A stretch of 63,881 bases of DNA, the filler included, from Blastocystis sp. subtype 4 (Eukaryota): NCBI RefSeq assembly GCF_000743755.1. It is 4 parts of 4 records of this genome, joined end to end, with 100 filler letters (N's around TTAATTAATTAA, not from the genome) between each part and the next. Parts side by side here need not be neighbours in the genome. Positions count along the whole stretch, not along the records: positions 37,860 to 52,853 come from NW_014569289.1; 3 more parts are not named here. One strand, given 5' to 3'. A program made the translations under genes and the position numbers. This document shows, piece after piece, positions 38,265-49,047 of this stretch (its first letter is position 1; each line of letters begins with the position of its first letter). Under the pieces are notes generated by a model, which saw only the letters and a program-made list of their open reading frames with translations, was not told the origin of the DNA and searched no databases.

Positions 38265-39578
38265 ATGACTGGAAAACGAATTGTAGGCTTGGACTTGGTG
38301 AAAGGAATTGCTATTTTCATGATGATCATTGTCCATGCTGTAACACAGGTGATTGCTGATTACGATGGACGTATCTTTCTAAGTATTGTAGATAAGATAC
38401 CTAAATTTGTGCTATACTGTATCGTGTACCCTTTAGTTATTATCGGTTTGTGGGGGACAGTCTTCACCGTTGTAACTGCAATGACTACAACGTTAAGTAC
38501 ACTACGTATTCTAGAGAATAATAAACGGGCTATTGGCATGTATTTAGTTCAGCGATGGTTGTTTTTGGTCCTTCTGCGATCTGCAGAGGCATTCCTAACG
38601 AGTGTCCTAAACGAGAAGTATGACATTTTCAACAATAAAGAGATTGTGATTCCCCCCATTGCTATTGCTGGTCCTGCAACGACTCTAGATTCTATTGGGT
38701 GGGGTGGTCTTATTGCCCCAATCTTAGTTTGTACTACGTCTCCTCTATTGAAGAATAAGAATAAGTGGTGGACGATTGTTCTCTATACCATTATTGTATT
38801 CGGTCTCTTTGCCCTTAGTCCACTGTCAGAAGGATTCTTTGCATGGTTGGCAGAAGAATCGTATCAGAATAATATTGGTTTGTTTGGCGATATCTTTGGT
38901 AAAGTTGCATTGGGCCGATTCAAGATCGCTCAGACATGTGCATTTGCTGCAGTAGGAGCGCTATATGGACATCTCATTTATCATGGAGAGACAATCCGCT
39001 TCCAGTTTTATCTCGGATTGTTCTTTTTCGTTGTATGTATTCTGATCTTTGTTGCTTGGTGTGTGATATCGCCCAAATTCCTCGATCACATTGTTGATGA
39101 AGATGTCCCTCTCCCTGCACAGATCTTGTCTCTTGGTTGCGAGTGCTTCTTCATATATGTTCATGTCTATTTTGTAGACGGCGATCGAGCGAATGAAAAG
39201 AAACTTATGTCACGGAAGAGATGTACATATTTATTCCGATTAGGCATGCTTAGTCTCACTGTGTTTTGTATCGGTAGTTGGGTCGGAAAACAACTCTCTC
39301 TTCCTTGGCAACTCTTTTTTGGACCTCCCTGTATTCATTACCCTCCTCAGCTGCGATGGAATCTCGTGGTTTGCGTCTTGTTCACTATATTTGTTCTATT
39401 AGTTTGGATTGGAATCTCCTTGTTGTGGGAGAAAATTGACTTCAAATACAGTTTGGAACATATTTTGCTGTGGTCTATGAACAAGATTGTTGGCAAAGAA
39501 TACGTCCCCAATAGTAGGAAGTTTGTTTATGGTCCTGCTGAAGAACTGGAAGAAGGTGAGAGCAAGGAGTTGATGTGA
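38265..39578 (+). CDS. Polytopic membrane protein, DUF1624/HGSNAT/acyltransferase-3-like
   Basis: RIVGLDLVKGIAIFMMIIVH N-terminal signature, LGMLSLTVF, about 10 TM segments; intronless. Confidence 0.7.
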   Translation: MTGKRIVGLDLVKGIAIFMMIIVHAVTQVIADYDGRIFLSIVDKIPKFVLYCIVYPLVIIGLWGTVFTVVTAMTTTLSTLRILENNKRAIGMYLVQRWLFLVLLRSAEAFLTSVLNEKYDIFNNKEIVIPPIAIAGPATTLDSIGWGGLIAPILVCTTSPLLKNKNKWWTIVLYTIIVFGLFALSPLSEGFFAWLAEESYQNNIGLFGDIFGKVALGRFKIAQTCAFAAVGALYGHLIYHGETIRFQFYLGLFFFVVCILIFVAWCVISPKFLDHIVDEDVPLPAQILSLGCECFFIYVHVYFVDGDRANEKKLMSRKRCTYLFRLGMLSLTVFCIGSWVGKQLSLPWQLFFGPPCIHYPPQLRWNLVVCVLFTIFVLLVWIGISLLWEKIDFKYSLEHILLWSMNKIVGKEYVPNSRKFVYGPAEELEEGESKELM

Positions 39579-39720
39579 TGTATAGAAATAAATGAAAACA
39601 ACTTACAGATATCTACTACTGTAGTTTTCGTTGTTTGTTAGTGTATGACCAGTGACTCCCTTTTCTTAATTACTAAGGATTCTAGTTAAAAGACAATTTC
39701 GATTCCCCTAAGACCATTTC

Positions 39721-40362
39721 ATGAAGATAACTCTTTCTTCTAACCATGTTGAGATTCCCGAAGGAGGTGAGCTATGTTTTGGAAAGTGATCAACTAGTGG
39801 AAGTGTACATCAAGAACCGACGTGTTGTGGTGAAGGGACCTCGTGGAACTCTTCGTCGTGACTTCAGCCACCAGTTCGTCGATATCAAGAAGGAGGGTGA
39901 CAGAGTTGTTGTTGACCTGTGGTTCGGACTCCACAAGAATATTGCTGTTGTACGTTCGATCTGCACTCACATCCGCAACATGATCACTGGTGTGACTCAC
40001 GGATACCGCTACAAGATGCGTTTTGTGTATGCCCACTTCCCCATCAATGTTGCTATCAACAAGGAGGGAAAGAAGGTGGAGGTTCGTAACTTCCTTGGAG
40101 AGAAGAGAGTGCGTCATATCCACATGCTCGAAGGAGTGACTGTGGCCAAGTCTGAGGCTCAGAAGGATGAAATCATTCTTGAGGGAAACGATATCGAAGC
40201 TGTGTCCACTTCTGGTAGTGATAACACTCTGGATAATATGTAGCTGCTCAGATCTATCAGTCTGTGCTGGTGAGAAACAAGGATATCCGTAAGTTCCTTG
40301 ATGGTATCTACGTTTCCGATAAGGAACTGTGCGTTGCTGAGGAGAGCGAGGATGACGAATAA
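39721..40362 (+). CDS. RPL9: 60S ribosomal protein L9 (uL6)
   Basis: Spliced [59 protein letters not shown]. Confidence 0.96.
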
Positions 40363-40493
40363 TGGGATGGATAGCTAAAGAGTCACATTGGTTGTAGGGA
40401 TTGGATTCGTGTTTGTTCGATTGTACTTTTCTCAGGATCTTTTCAGCTTCTATCTACACGAGTCTGTGCTCTTCGGTTTCTTCACAACAAATC

Positions 40494-41078
40494 ATGTTTC
40501 AAGCAGTTCGCTCATTAAAACTGTCGTCACAGATTATTAAGAATTATTCGAGGTTCCCTGCAGTATTCTTTTCTACATCCAATATGGATGAATCTGATGA
40601 CGACTTTAAGCCAAAAAGCAAAGTGAAGGACGAAAATCCAGAAGAAGTAATCAAATTCATCGACAAAGTAAGTCGTATAATGACGTGGTTACGGTTCTCA
40701 GATAGTACATGATAACAAAGTGATGTTGTTCATGAAAGGAACTCCTACAGCTCCAGTGTGTGGTTTTAGTCTCCGTGTGGTAAACATCCTCAAACATTTA
40801 GGTATGTTATCGGAAGAGGTTGAATTGAAGGTTGTGACTTTGCCAGTGCGAATATCTTGACGAGTCCATCTGTTCGAGAAAACTTAAAGGTGTATTCGTA
40901 GTATCCTGTCTTTGAAGTGACGTGTAGAGACTGGCCAACTTTCCCTCAGCTGTTTATTGGAGGTGAATTTGTTGGTGGATGTGATATTGTAACCGATCTG
41001 TATAAGTCAGGAGAATTAAAGAAGATGCTGGATAACGTTGGCGCCCTTGTGAAGCCCCAGTCTTCTGATAGTCACTAA
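40494..41078 (+). CDS. GLRX5: Monothiol glutaredoxin Grx5, MRO-targeted
   Basis: Presequence [46 protein letters not shown]. Confidence 0.92.
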
Positions 41079-41115
41079 TTTAGAACTGTTCCTGTTAACA
41101 AACAAACCACCCACC

Positions 41116-42168
41116 TTATCGCCTCATATTCTGAGGAAGTGCCTTTCCGTAACCTATTTATTATCAATCCCAAACAGATGGACCTGTTGAATATCGAGGG
41201 CCTGTACTCTTTCGTTTCTCAGCAATACTAACAGAAAGAATCAAGTGGTTCAACGCATAACCATCGTACATCTTAATTGCACGTTCCGCCTCCTCTCTAC
41301 AAGTGACTAATCGGCTTCATTTCCACTTTGTGGCATATCCAGCAAAAGCAAAACCACGACTCTTATGGGTCACGTAGTCACTGATAATACGCATTCTTGT
41401 CAACGAACCACACATACTAAACAGCCGGCTGAGAGTACGTTCATCCACATCCTCAGCAACGTTCGAAATGCGAATCGATACGCCCTCGTCCTCCTCTTTA
41501 TCTACTCCTCAGTCTCCCCTTCCTAATCTACATTCTCCTGACCGCTGCACGTTGCGTCGACCTGGAGGAACATACCTATCGGAGCGGGCAGGAGCAGAAG
41601 TACTCTCTTGGGGAGCTTCTTTCTCTTGTTGATGAGCCATCAACTCTCTATAAGGACAACGAAGCGACAGATGAGCGCCTTTGCAGTACTTGCAGACCAG
41701 ACGTCCCTATATCAAAACCAATTCACTAATAACTACAGTACCGTGGGTTGTTGCATCCTTCTCTTCTCCAGGTTTGTTCTTCTCCATATAGATCTAAGAA
41801 TCACCAGAAGAAAGAATAGATACATCATCGACACTCTGAAGTGTAACTCCATCATTACCACTGGAAGGAAGACCAAAGGGAACGAGATGTGCCTAGGAAA
41901 TCACATCCATTGAAAGGACAAGTACTCTATCTAAAACTCTTTTCAGAATTGGTTTCTCCACTCTCTCCATCTTGACTCTTCGAATGACCTTTACCCTCTC
42001 GTGATTAGGGCCCCACTTCCAACTCGTAATCGTTTTAATTCCATTTTCATCAATTTCACTTTCTGTGCTTGCAGGTAAATCTAAAGGTTAGGATGAACCA
42101 TCTACAGAAAACTACTGTTAGTGGAACTAAAAACGTTATCCAATTGCATCAATCACATACTTCGACAT
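41116..42168 (-). CDS. EIF3G: Translation initiation factor eIF3 subunit g; missed by the ORF track
   Basis: Spliced DENGIKTIT, CKYCKGAHLSLRCPY zinc knuckle, RRM (IRISNV, GFAF, GYALNHLILSV). Confidence 0.85.
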
Positions 42169-42457
42169 TATCAAATTCAATAAAACCCGACGAGTAAGAA
42201 TTGAACGGTTTTGTAAAAAGATGGAGTCAATAAAAGGCGTCGAATAGATCCGCCAGTATTCTTCAATCCCCGCGAATCAAATCCAATCTATCTGAAATCT
42301 TCACGAAGACCAGAAAATAGTATGTAGAACAAGTGGAGACGATACGATGATCATTTTCGATAACAACAATGAAACCGAAAACGACAATGTGGGACATTAT
42401 GATTATAAATAAATAGCTAAACATGAAACACAATCATAAGAGGATACTTTTTGGTAA

Positions 42458-43990
42458 ATGAGACTCCTTATCTTTTTATTTCTCGTTGGATTCGGTACCT
42501 TTTTCTGCATAATCTGATAACATAGTGTTATCGAAACCAGAATTACCTATTCCCACTGAAGAACAAGTTCAGTGGCTTGAGAGAGGAATTTCTGGATTTA
42601 TACATTTTGGTGTGAATACATATACTGGTATAGAGAGGAAAGGAGAGGATTAGATGTAGGAAGGGAATGGGGTGATGGAACTGAAGACCCAAATATCTTC
42701 AATCCAACTAAACTCAATACGACTCAAGTCTGATCAATCCTAGCAGAATCATTCATAGTGGGTAGAAGCTTTTCAGAGCATCGGAGCTAATGAGATTATT
42801 CTCGTTACCAAGCATCATGATGGATTCATGTACGTGTATTTGCTATTGTCGATTCTAGGCTCTTTCCTTCAGACTATTCGAATCACACTGTTGCCTATAG
42901 TTCGTGGAGAGAAGGAAAAGGTGATGTGATTCGTGAATTCGTCGATTCCTGTCGACTTCTGGGAGCCATGCCATCGTTTTACTTATCCCCTTGGGACCGC
43001 TTCTTCTACAATATGACGTGGAGACCTGAATATAACGAGTACTATTCTCACACATTAGAAGAGCTAACCTCTCGCTATGGCCCTATCTATGAACTCTGGT
43101 GGGATGGAGCAAATGCTCAGGAACATATGACTCATGTAGAGGTTGAGGAAAGAACTGATGCCTAGTTGTATGATTGGGAGGGTTGGTACCAGATCCTGAA
43201 GCGGAATCAACCTCAATGTTTGGGAGGTGGCTGTGGAGGAGATAATGACTCCTATGATTGTGGTCCTGATACAGCCTGGGGAAAAACAGAATCAGGTCTC
43301 GGCAAGGAAGAGAATTGGAATTTCCACACTCCCTCTGTCGAATTCCCTGGAAAAGAACTCGTTTTCTCTCCTCTGTTCCTAGATGTATCGATTCGGCCTG
43401 GTTGGTTCTATCATCCTGATCAAGAACCCAAAACGCTGAAAGAACTGGTACATATCTACTTCCGTTCAGTAGGTCTCAACTATCAACTCCAACTTAATGT
43501 TCCTCCTACTCCTGAGGGACTCTTTGATGAGCGGGATGTTGCTAGATTGCATGAGTTTGGTGACTACATCCGAGAAACCTTCTCTAAGGATGAAGCGCGC
43601 AAAGCAATTCGTGCAGAGGCTTCTTCCTATGATCCTGGCCATCCTCCTCTGAATGTTGTAGCCAACGACAAGTTCCTCTATTGGACACCAAAGAATGAAG
43701 AGTCTAGTGGCTATATTGATCTCTATTTCGATGAACCTGTGTCGTTCAATGTTGTTATGATGCAAGAATTCATTCGTCATGGTCAGAAGGTCTCTCACTA
43801 TTCTATTTCGGTACTACAAGGGGAGTCCTGGGAAGAAGTGGCTAAGGGAACTACAATTGGTGTCAAGAAGATGAATGTCCTTGAGGGAACACGAACAACT
43901 CATGGAGTCCGTCTGACAATTGAGGATACATGGAATGATTATGTTCCTGAGATTAGCCGAATTGGTCTTTTCAATTCCGAGCTGTACTAA
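42458..43990 (+). CDS. Secreted alpha-L-fucosidase, GH29, with C-terminal F5/8-type beta-sandwich
   Basis: Signal peptide; FIHFGVNTYT, TKHHDGF, YLSPWDR, ELWWDGA (nucleophile D), DVSIRPGWFYH, LNVPP. Confidence 0.93.
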
Positions 43991-44124
43991 GCAGTTTCTG
44001 TTTGTTAGCAAAAGGTCATAAAATCTACCTTGGGAGTTTCATGTTGTCATCATCTTGTCATGCTGACGCTATCGTCTTTTGCTTGTATCCGTCACTATTT
44101 CTTTTAGAGTTACACTAATCAGAA

Positions 44125-45275
44125 ATGCTTTACGATACTATTCATATATTTGTCAACAAATACCTATGTGACAAGTAATACTAAAACTGTGTGTCTAATT
44201 CCAGATTCATTACGATTGGTGCATTTGTTTTTCTTCTCTATCTTCTCTATCAATGTTTCAGACTTCTCAACTGTTGTTTTTGGTATGTAGATTGATACCT
44301 AGTCTTCGTATACTATTTTGGACCTGGCAAAAATCTAAAGAAGAGTTATGGAGAGTGGGCAATGGTTACTGGAGCTACAGATGGAATTGGTCTTGGTAAC
44401 GATGCGACCATTGGTTCATATGTAGGATATGCTAAGCGACTCGCAGCAAGAGGGATTAATGTGATTCTTGTATCACGATCTCAAGAGAAATTGGACAATT
44501 GTGCCAAAGAGATCACAGAAAAATACAATGTTAGAATAGTATATGTCTATTATCTTTTTAGGTCAGTATCCGTACTGTTGCCATTGACATGAGTCAGGAT
44601 ACAGATGCTTTGAAAGCAGCATTAGAGCCAGTATTCAAAGAAATTCCTGTTGGAATTCTTGTAATCACTTTTCTTTCACTTTTGAAATAGATCAACAATG
44701 TTGGTATCTCCTATGAATATGCTATGTATCTGACGGAACTTCCCGAAGACCGTCTGAAGACCATCATTCATCTGAACTGCGAAGTCACTGCTATGGTCAC
44801 CAAAATGTGTGTGCCTGGAATGATTGAGCGGAAACGAGGTGCCATCGTAAATATTGCTTCAGCTGCCGGTATTATGGCCTGTGGAGATCCTCTTTACGAT
44901 CTGTATTCTGCTTCGAAGGCCTTTGTGGACCACTTCTCTCTGTCTCTTGCAACTGAACTGAAAGAGAAGAATATCATCGTTGAGGTAACCTCTAGATGAT
45001 AGGTAAACCCTAGTGTCACTGTCCCTACTTCGTTCCTTCGAAACTCAGTAAGATTCGAAAGGCATCACTGATGTGTCCTCCTGCGAATGTATACGCCGAA
45101 GCCTCGCTCAACAGAGTGGGAAGAGGTCCTATCACAGTCGTTCCTTATTGGGGTCATCAGATTCAACACTTCCTTTATCATTGCCTACCCTTCCCCTTGC
45201 TTCAGAAAGCTGTTCTTACCCATCACAAAGATATCCGTCGTCGTGCCTTGAAAAAACGTGCAATGAAGAGTGATT
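44125..45275 (+). CDS. Very-long-chain 3-oxoacyl-CoA reductase (HSD17B12/KCR-like SDR); stop made by polyadenylation
   Basis: YGEWAMVTGATDGIG, INNVGISY, YSASK; frame runs through T-CGAT-TGTTTGTA into the convergent gene. Confidence 0.88.
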
Positions 45276-45296
45276 CGATTGTTTGTAACAAACACT

Positions 45297-46570
45297 CTAT
45301 TGATAATTGTGGATGTCTGGTGTCAAGACCAGTCGATGCTTCACATTGCCTAACAGATTCACACTTGATTCATCGATCGTTGCTACTTGTTGTTGATAAC
45401 GCACTGGGATTGATACGTTCATATCCACAATATAACCATTAATATTGACGCTGATCCGTCCACTCTCATGCACACACATCTATCATCATACTCTCTTCCA
45501 ATCATTACTGTTCCAATTCGTCCCGGAGGCACTGATTTCAACTCATTCTCGATATATTCATGGGCTATTCTTAAATCCTTACTAATAGTTATACGCTTAG
45601 TAGAGTTGTTGTGAATGAATGCTTCTTCATCAATTCCATATTCTATCAGTTATTCTTATCTTCAAAAGATACCTCGATTTTGTGCATAAATAGGTAGAAA
45701 TGATGGCAAAGCGAAAAGAAGCATATCACCATCATTCACTCCTTGTAATAACTCCAATGGAGTCACTTGGGTATCATCTTCATCCCAGCTCATATGATCA
45801 TGGGATCGAGCATGATATTCATCATCCACATAAGGGAACCGAATTGGACCATTGTTCTCTTCTGTGAGTTCCTGATCATCCATTGGTTCTTCTACCTCCA
45901 TTTCATGAGGCGAGTCCTCTCTTTTCACACCGTTACGACTAGTTGTTACAACCTGGAATAAACCTACGATTCCATCTGACGACTCATAAGGAAGGCATTA
46001 TCCATGGCATTTGCCGTTGGACGACGATTACTATTTGTGGCAAAAAAACGGGATTCTCCACTCACTAACGTTGGTGGAGGACGAGATCGCTGGGATTGAC
46101 GGTTTGGTCGTTGGCCCTCATCATTTCTTCTTGGACGTACTTTGTCTTCTCGTTTTACTTTCACATTCTGCACACCATCTGTGGATGACTTGGTCTCCTC
46201 ACCTGTTGGAACTGCTACGAAATTAACATTGGATTCCATAATTACCAAGTGGTTCTGGAGCCTGAGATGGTGCTGTAACTACAGGCGGAGGACTTAATGG
46301 CGAAAATGAACTCGAATCAATTCGGTGAGCTGCAGCTGCTTTCTTTGCAACTGGTTTAAACTTGGGTTTTTTCACCTAGGATGTAAACATAACTATCTAC
46401 TGTCTACTCCACCCATCGTGAAACCACCTTTCCCTCCATCGGTAATACCAACCGTTACCGTATCGGCAAATCTCACTTTTAATCACCAATATTGCTTCAA
46501 ACCTGTAAGAACCAAAGAAAATCGACTCCTTATTCTTTTCACCTTCCGGATTTGATGCAGGAGCAGACAT
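45297..46570 (-). CDS. POLR3D: RNA polymerase III subunit RPC4/RPC53-like
   Basis: KPKFKP near N-term, LLFALPSFLP, PPGRIG..VHESGRISVNING..LLGNVKHRLVLTPD; start codon uncertain. Confidence 0.75.
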
Positions 46571-46759
46571 TCTTTCTTATGAATCCAAATTGGGCTTGCC
46601 TCTTTTTGGGCTCTCTTTGCGACAACAAATCCTTAAGTTCTACTCAAGTTGTGAATCTATGGTTATGATGGATTAGCTAATAACAGCGTACCGATTCAGT
46701 AGTGATACCATCTATAATTCATTACCGAATCTATCACTTGTATTTACAAACAATCATCC

Positions 46760-48907
46760 CTATAACCAAGATCCATATCCCTCAATGGATGACATACACA
46801 ACTCGTCAACTACTGCTTTTAGTATAGTATCAACTGATACAGGATGTGAATCCTTTGTAAAAAGACACAAAACTCTTCTCCAACTCCGGTTAATTTGAAC
46901 AGATTCATACTTTCGATTAGGTGGAGATATAGAATCCATTCCCAAAATTGACTTTGGAGATCGACTAATATGAGTCACAACTTGTTCCATTTGCGAATAT
47001 TCATCTTCTGGGATCATATAATTCTTTCGCTTTATCCAATAAAAGAGATGAATAAGATTCTTGTGATCTCCTCTGGTCAAATAGAAATCGAATAATTTGT
47101 TACATAAGTTGGATGTGAACACAATGTGATGAGTTCTACAGAAATCACGAATTTGATTTGTTTCTCTGGAGTCCAACCCATCCTTCTGTTGGGATGATTG
47201 GAATGAAGATAACTGAAACAAAAGATGAGTCAAATACAATACCCATTCATCATTCCAATTCTCCTCTATCCACTGGAGAGTCAATGAAACATCCTGTTTA
47301 TGATACCACTGATCAAATAAAAGAGAACAGATTGCCTCTGAATTAAGTTTCATTCCGTTCTCTTTCATTTGATTCACAAGTTGATTAATGAGAGTAGTAT
47401 CATCAACATATATCGCTGAAATTAATAGATTATTCATTGATGATTCTGGTAAAGATAAATTCAAATAACATAACCGAGAATAAAACGATTCCAGCAAATC
47501 CTCATCATTTCGTCGCGAAAGTTCACTCACATATTCATCAATAAAAGATACATCCCTTGTTACCAGTTTCTCAAGAGCAGATCTTCCTTGATTCTCATCC
47601 AAGAATGAATCCATTACAGAACAAAGCGCTTCTTTCGGTAAATCCTTCTTTGTGATTAGTGAAAGAGCAAGAGAAGGAGATAAACGAAAACCCCTCCTTT
47701 TCATTTCATCGAACAATTCTATTACCTTCTTGTGATCTCGCATTACCATTTCTATCTTTTGTTTATCATTCCGATGTAATATAGGCTGCGAGTAGAAGAA
47801 TATGAAAAACTCGAAAATCCCGCGGTTCCAATGTACAAAATCGTGTTGCATTGTAGAAAACGCATCTTCGATTGTTAAGAGCATTTCATCATTTCCACCA
47901 TGAAGACGAGGGTCTGTTGGTTTGAGTTCATATACACAACGAGAGTACTGATACCACAACATCAATTCCAGACCTCGAAGGGCACTTTTTAGGCGCTGAT
48001 TACAATAACGTAAGGTAAATGAGCTAAATGTGCATTCTTCGAGATTGGTTGAACTCCCTGTCATCGCTGTGTAAGGAGATGGGAAAAGACCTTTAAGATT
48101 GGATAGATCGCCTGAATGGGACTGAGCACTCTTTTCCATTGCAGCATAAAGATACTTCCATTCCATTACATAACACATGAGAATAGCATTGGATTGAATA
48201 TTGGAAAGGATCGATTCTTCGTTTCGACGGGGAATATTATATGATACCATCGAATTTGGAAGCCTAATCCCCTTTGAATTACACATCAACTGGATACACA
48301 GTCTTGCAAAGAGATACTCTTGAGGCAGAGGTGGTTGCTTCACTTCTGACAGATTGGGAGTCATCTTTTTCAACTTTTCCATTTGTTCTTCTAAATATGC
48401 ACTTCCCGATGTCGATAATAACGAAGACGACTGTCGTGTATCACCTGACAATAACAAAGCATAACAAAATAATGGCGCATGTTTGTGAAAAAAGACAGGA
48501 TCTGTTGTCTCTATGATCGAAATTACAGATTCTATCAAATTCCAGTTTTTTGATTCACACATCTTTGCTACCAACATGAACACATCCCCTTTAGGAAGGC
48601 AATAACCATCAGAATATCCAGTCTTCATCTCTTTTACAGCCGATTCTAGGTCGCCCTTCTTAATGCACAATAAGAACCGTTTGAAATGATCTCGATTCTC
48701 ATGAAGTTCCATTTTTGAAGTTGAGATAAACCGAAACCCATTCTGATGACTTCTCCATTCATTGCAATATCGTATTGGATACAATGGATGTGTACAACAG
48801 CATATTGGAGTTGGATTCACTTGGATGTACCGTTTGAAGGGAACTATCACAAGGGAGAGTCTTCGCCTTGAAATATATCTGCACCTCCTGAATGCTGAGA
48901 TTAACAT
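46760..48907 (-). CDS. PPR-like alpha-solenoid protein with an R-rich presequence
   Basis: MLISAFRRCRYISRRR; VIELFDEMKRRGFRLS and LVNQMKENGMKLN resemble PPR helices. Confidence 0.55.
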   Translation of the reverse strand: MLISAFRRCRYISRRRLSLVIVPFKRYIQVNPTPICCCTHPLYPIRYCNEWRSHQNGFRFISTSKMELHENRDHFKRFLLCIKKGDLESAVKEMKTGYSDGYCLPKGDVFMLVAKMCESKNWNLIESVISIIETTDPVFFHKHAPLFCYALLLSGDTRQSSSLLSTSGSAYLEEQMEKLKKMTPNLSEVKQPPLPQEYLFARLCIQLMCNSKGIRLPNSMVSYNIPRRNEESILSNIQSNAILMCYVMEWKYLYAAMEKSAQSHSGDLSNLKGLFPSPYTAMTGSSTNLEECTFSSFTLRYCNQRLKSALRGLELMLWYQYSRCVYELKPTDPRLHGGNDEMLLTIEDAFSTMQHDFVHWNRGIFEFFIFFYSQPILHRNDKQKIEMVMRDHKKVIELFDEMKRRGFRLSPSLALSLITKKDLPKEALCSVMDSFLDENQGRSALEKLVTRDVSFIDEYVSELSRRNDEDLLESFYSRLCYLNLSLPESSMNNLLISAIYVDDTTLINQLVNQMKENGMKLNSEAICSLLFDQWYHKQDVSLTLQWIEENWNDEWVLYLTHLLFQLSSFQSSQQKDGLDSRETNQIRDFCRTHHIVFTSNLCNKLFDFYLTRGDHKNLIHLFYWIKRKNYMIPEDEYSQMEQVVTHISRSPKSILGMDSISPPNRKYESVQINRSWRRVLCLFTKDSHPVSVDTILKAVVDELCMSSIEGYGSWL

Positions 48908-49047
48908 CTCTTCATCCAAGATTTCCAATTACTTTCAATTGTCAATTTGAGTATGATTGGGTTTTCTATATAGAACCGCGGGAATACACCAGTTGCCTAT
49001 ACCCCTTAACAGATCAATAATCCCCATTTATAGTGAACAAACAATAC

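Noticed and set aside
45276..45442. Long antisense coding overlap between KCR and RPC4 (similarly 54872-54887)
   Set aside because: Better explained by poly(A)-generated stops upstream of the overlap
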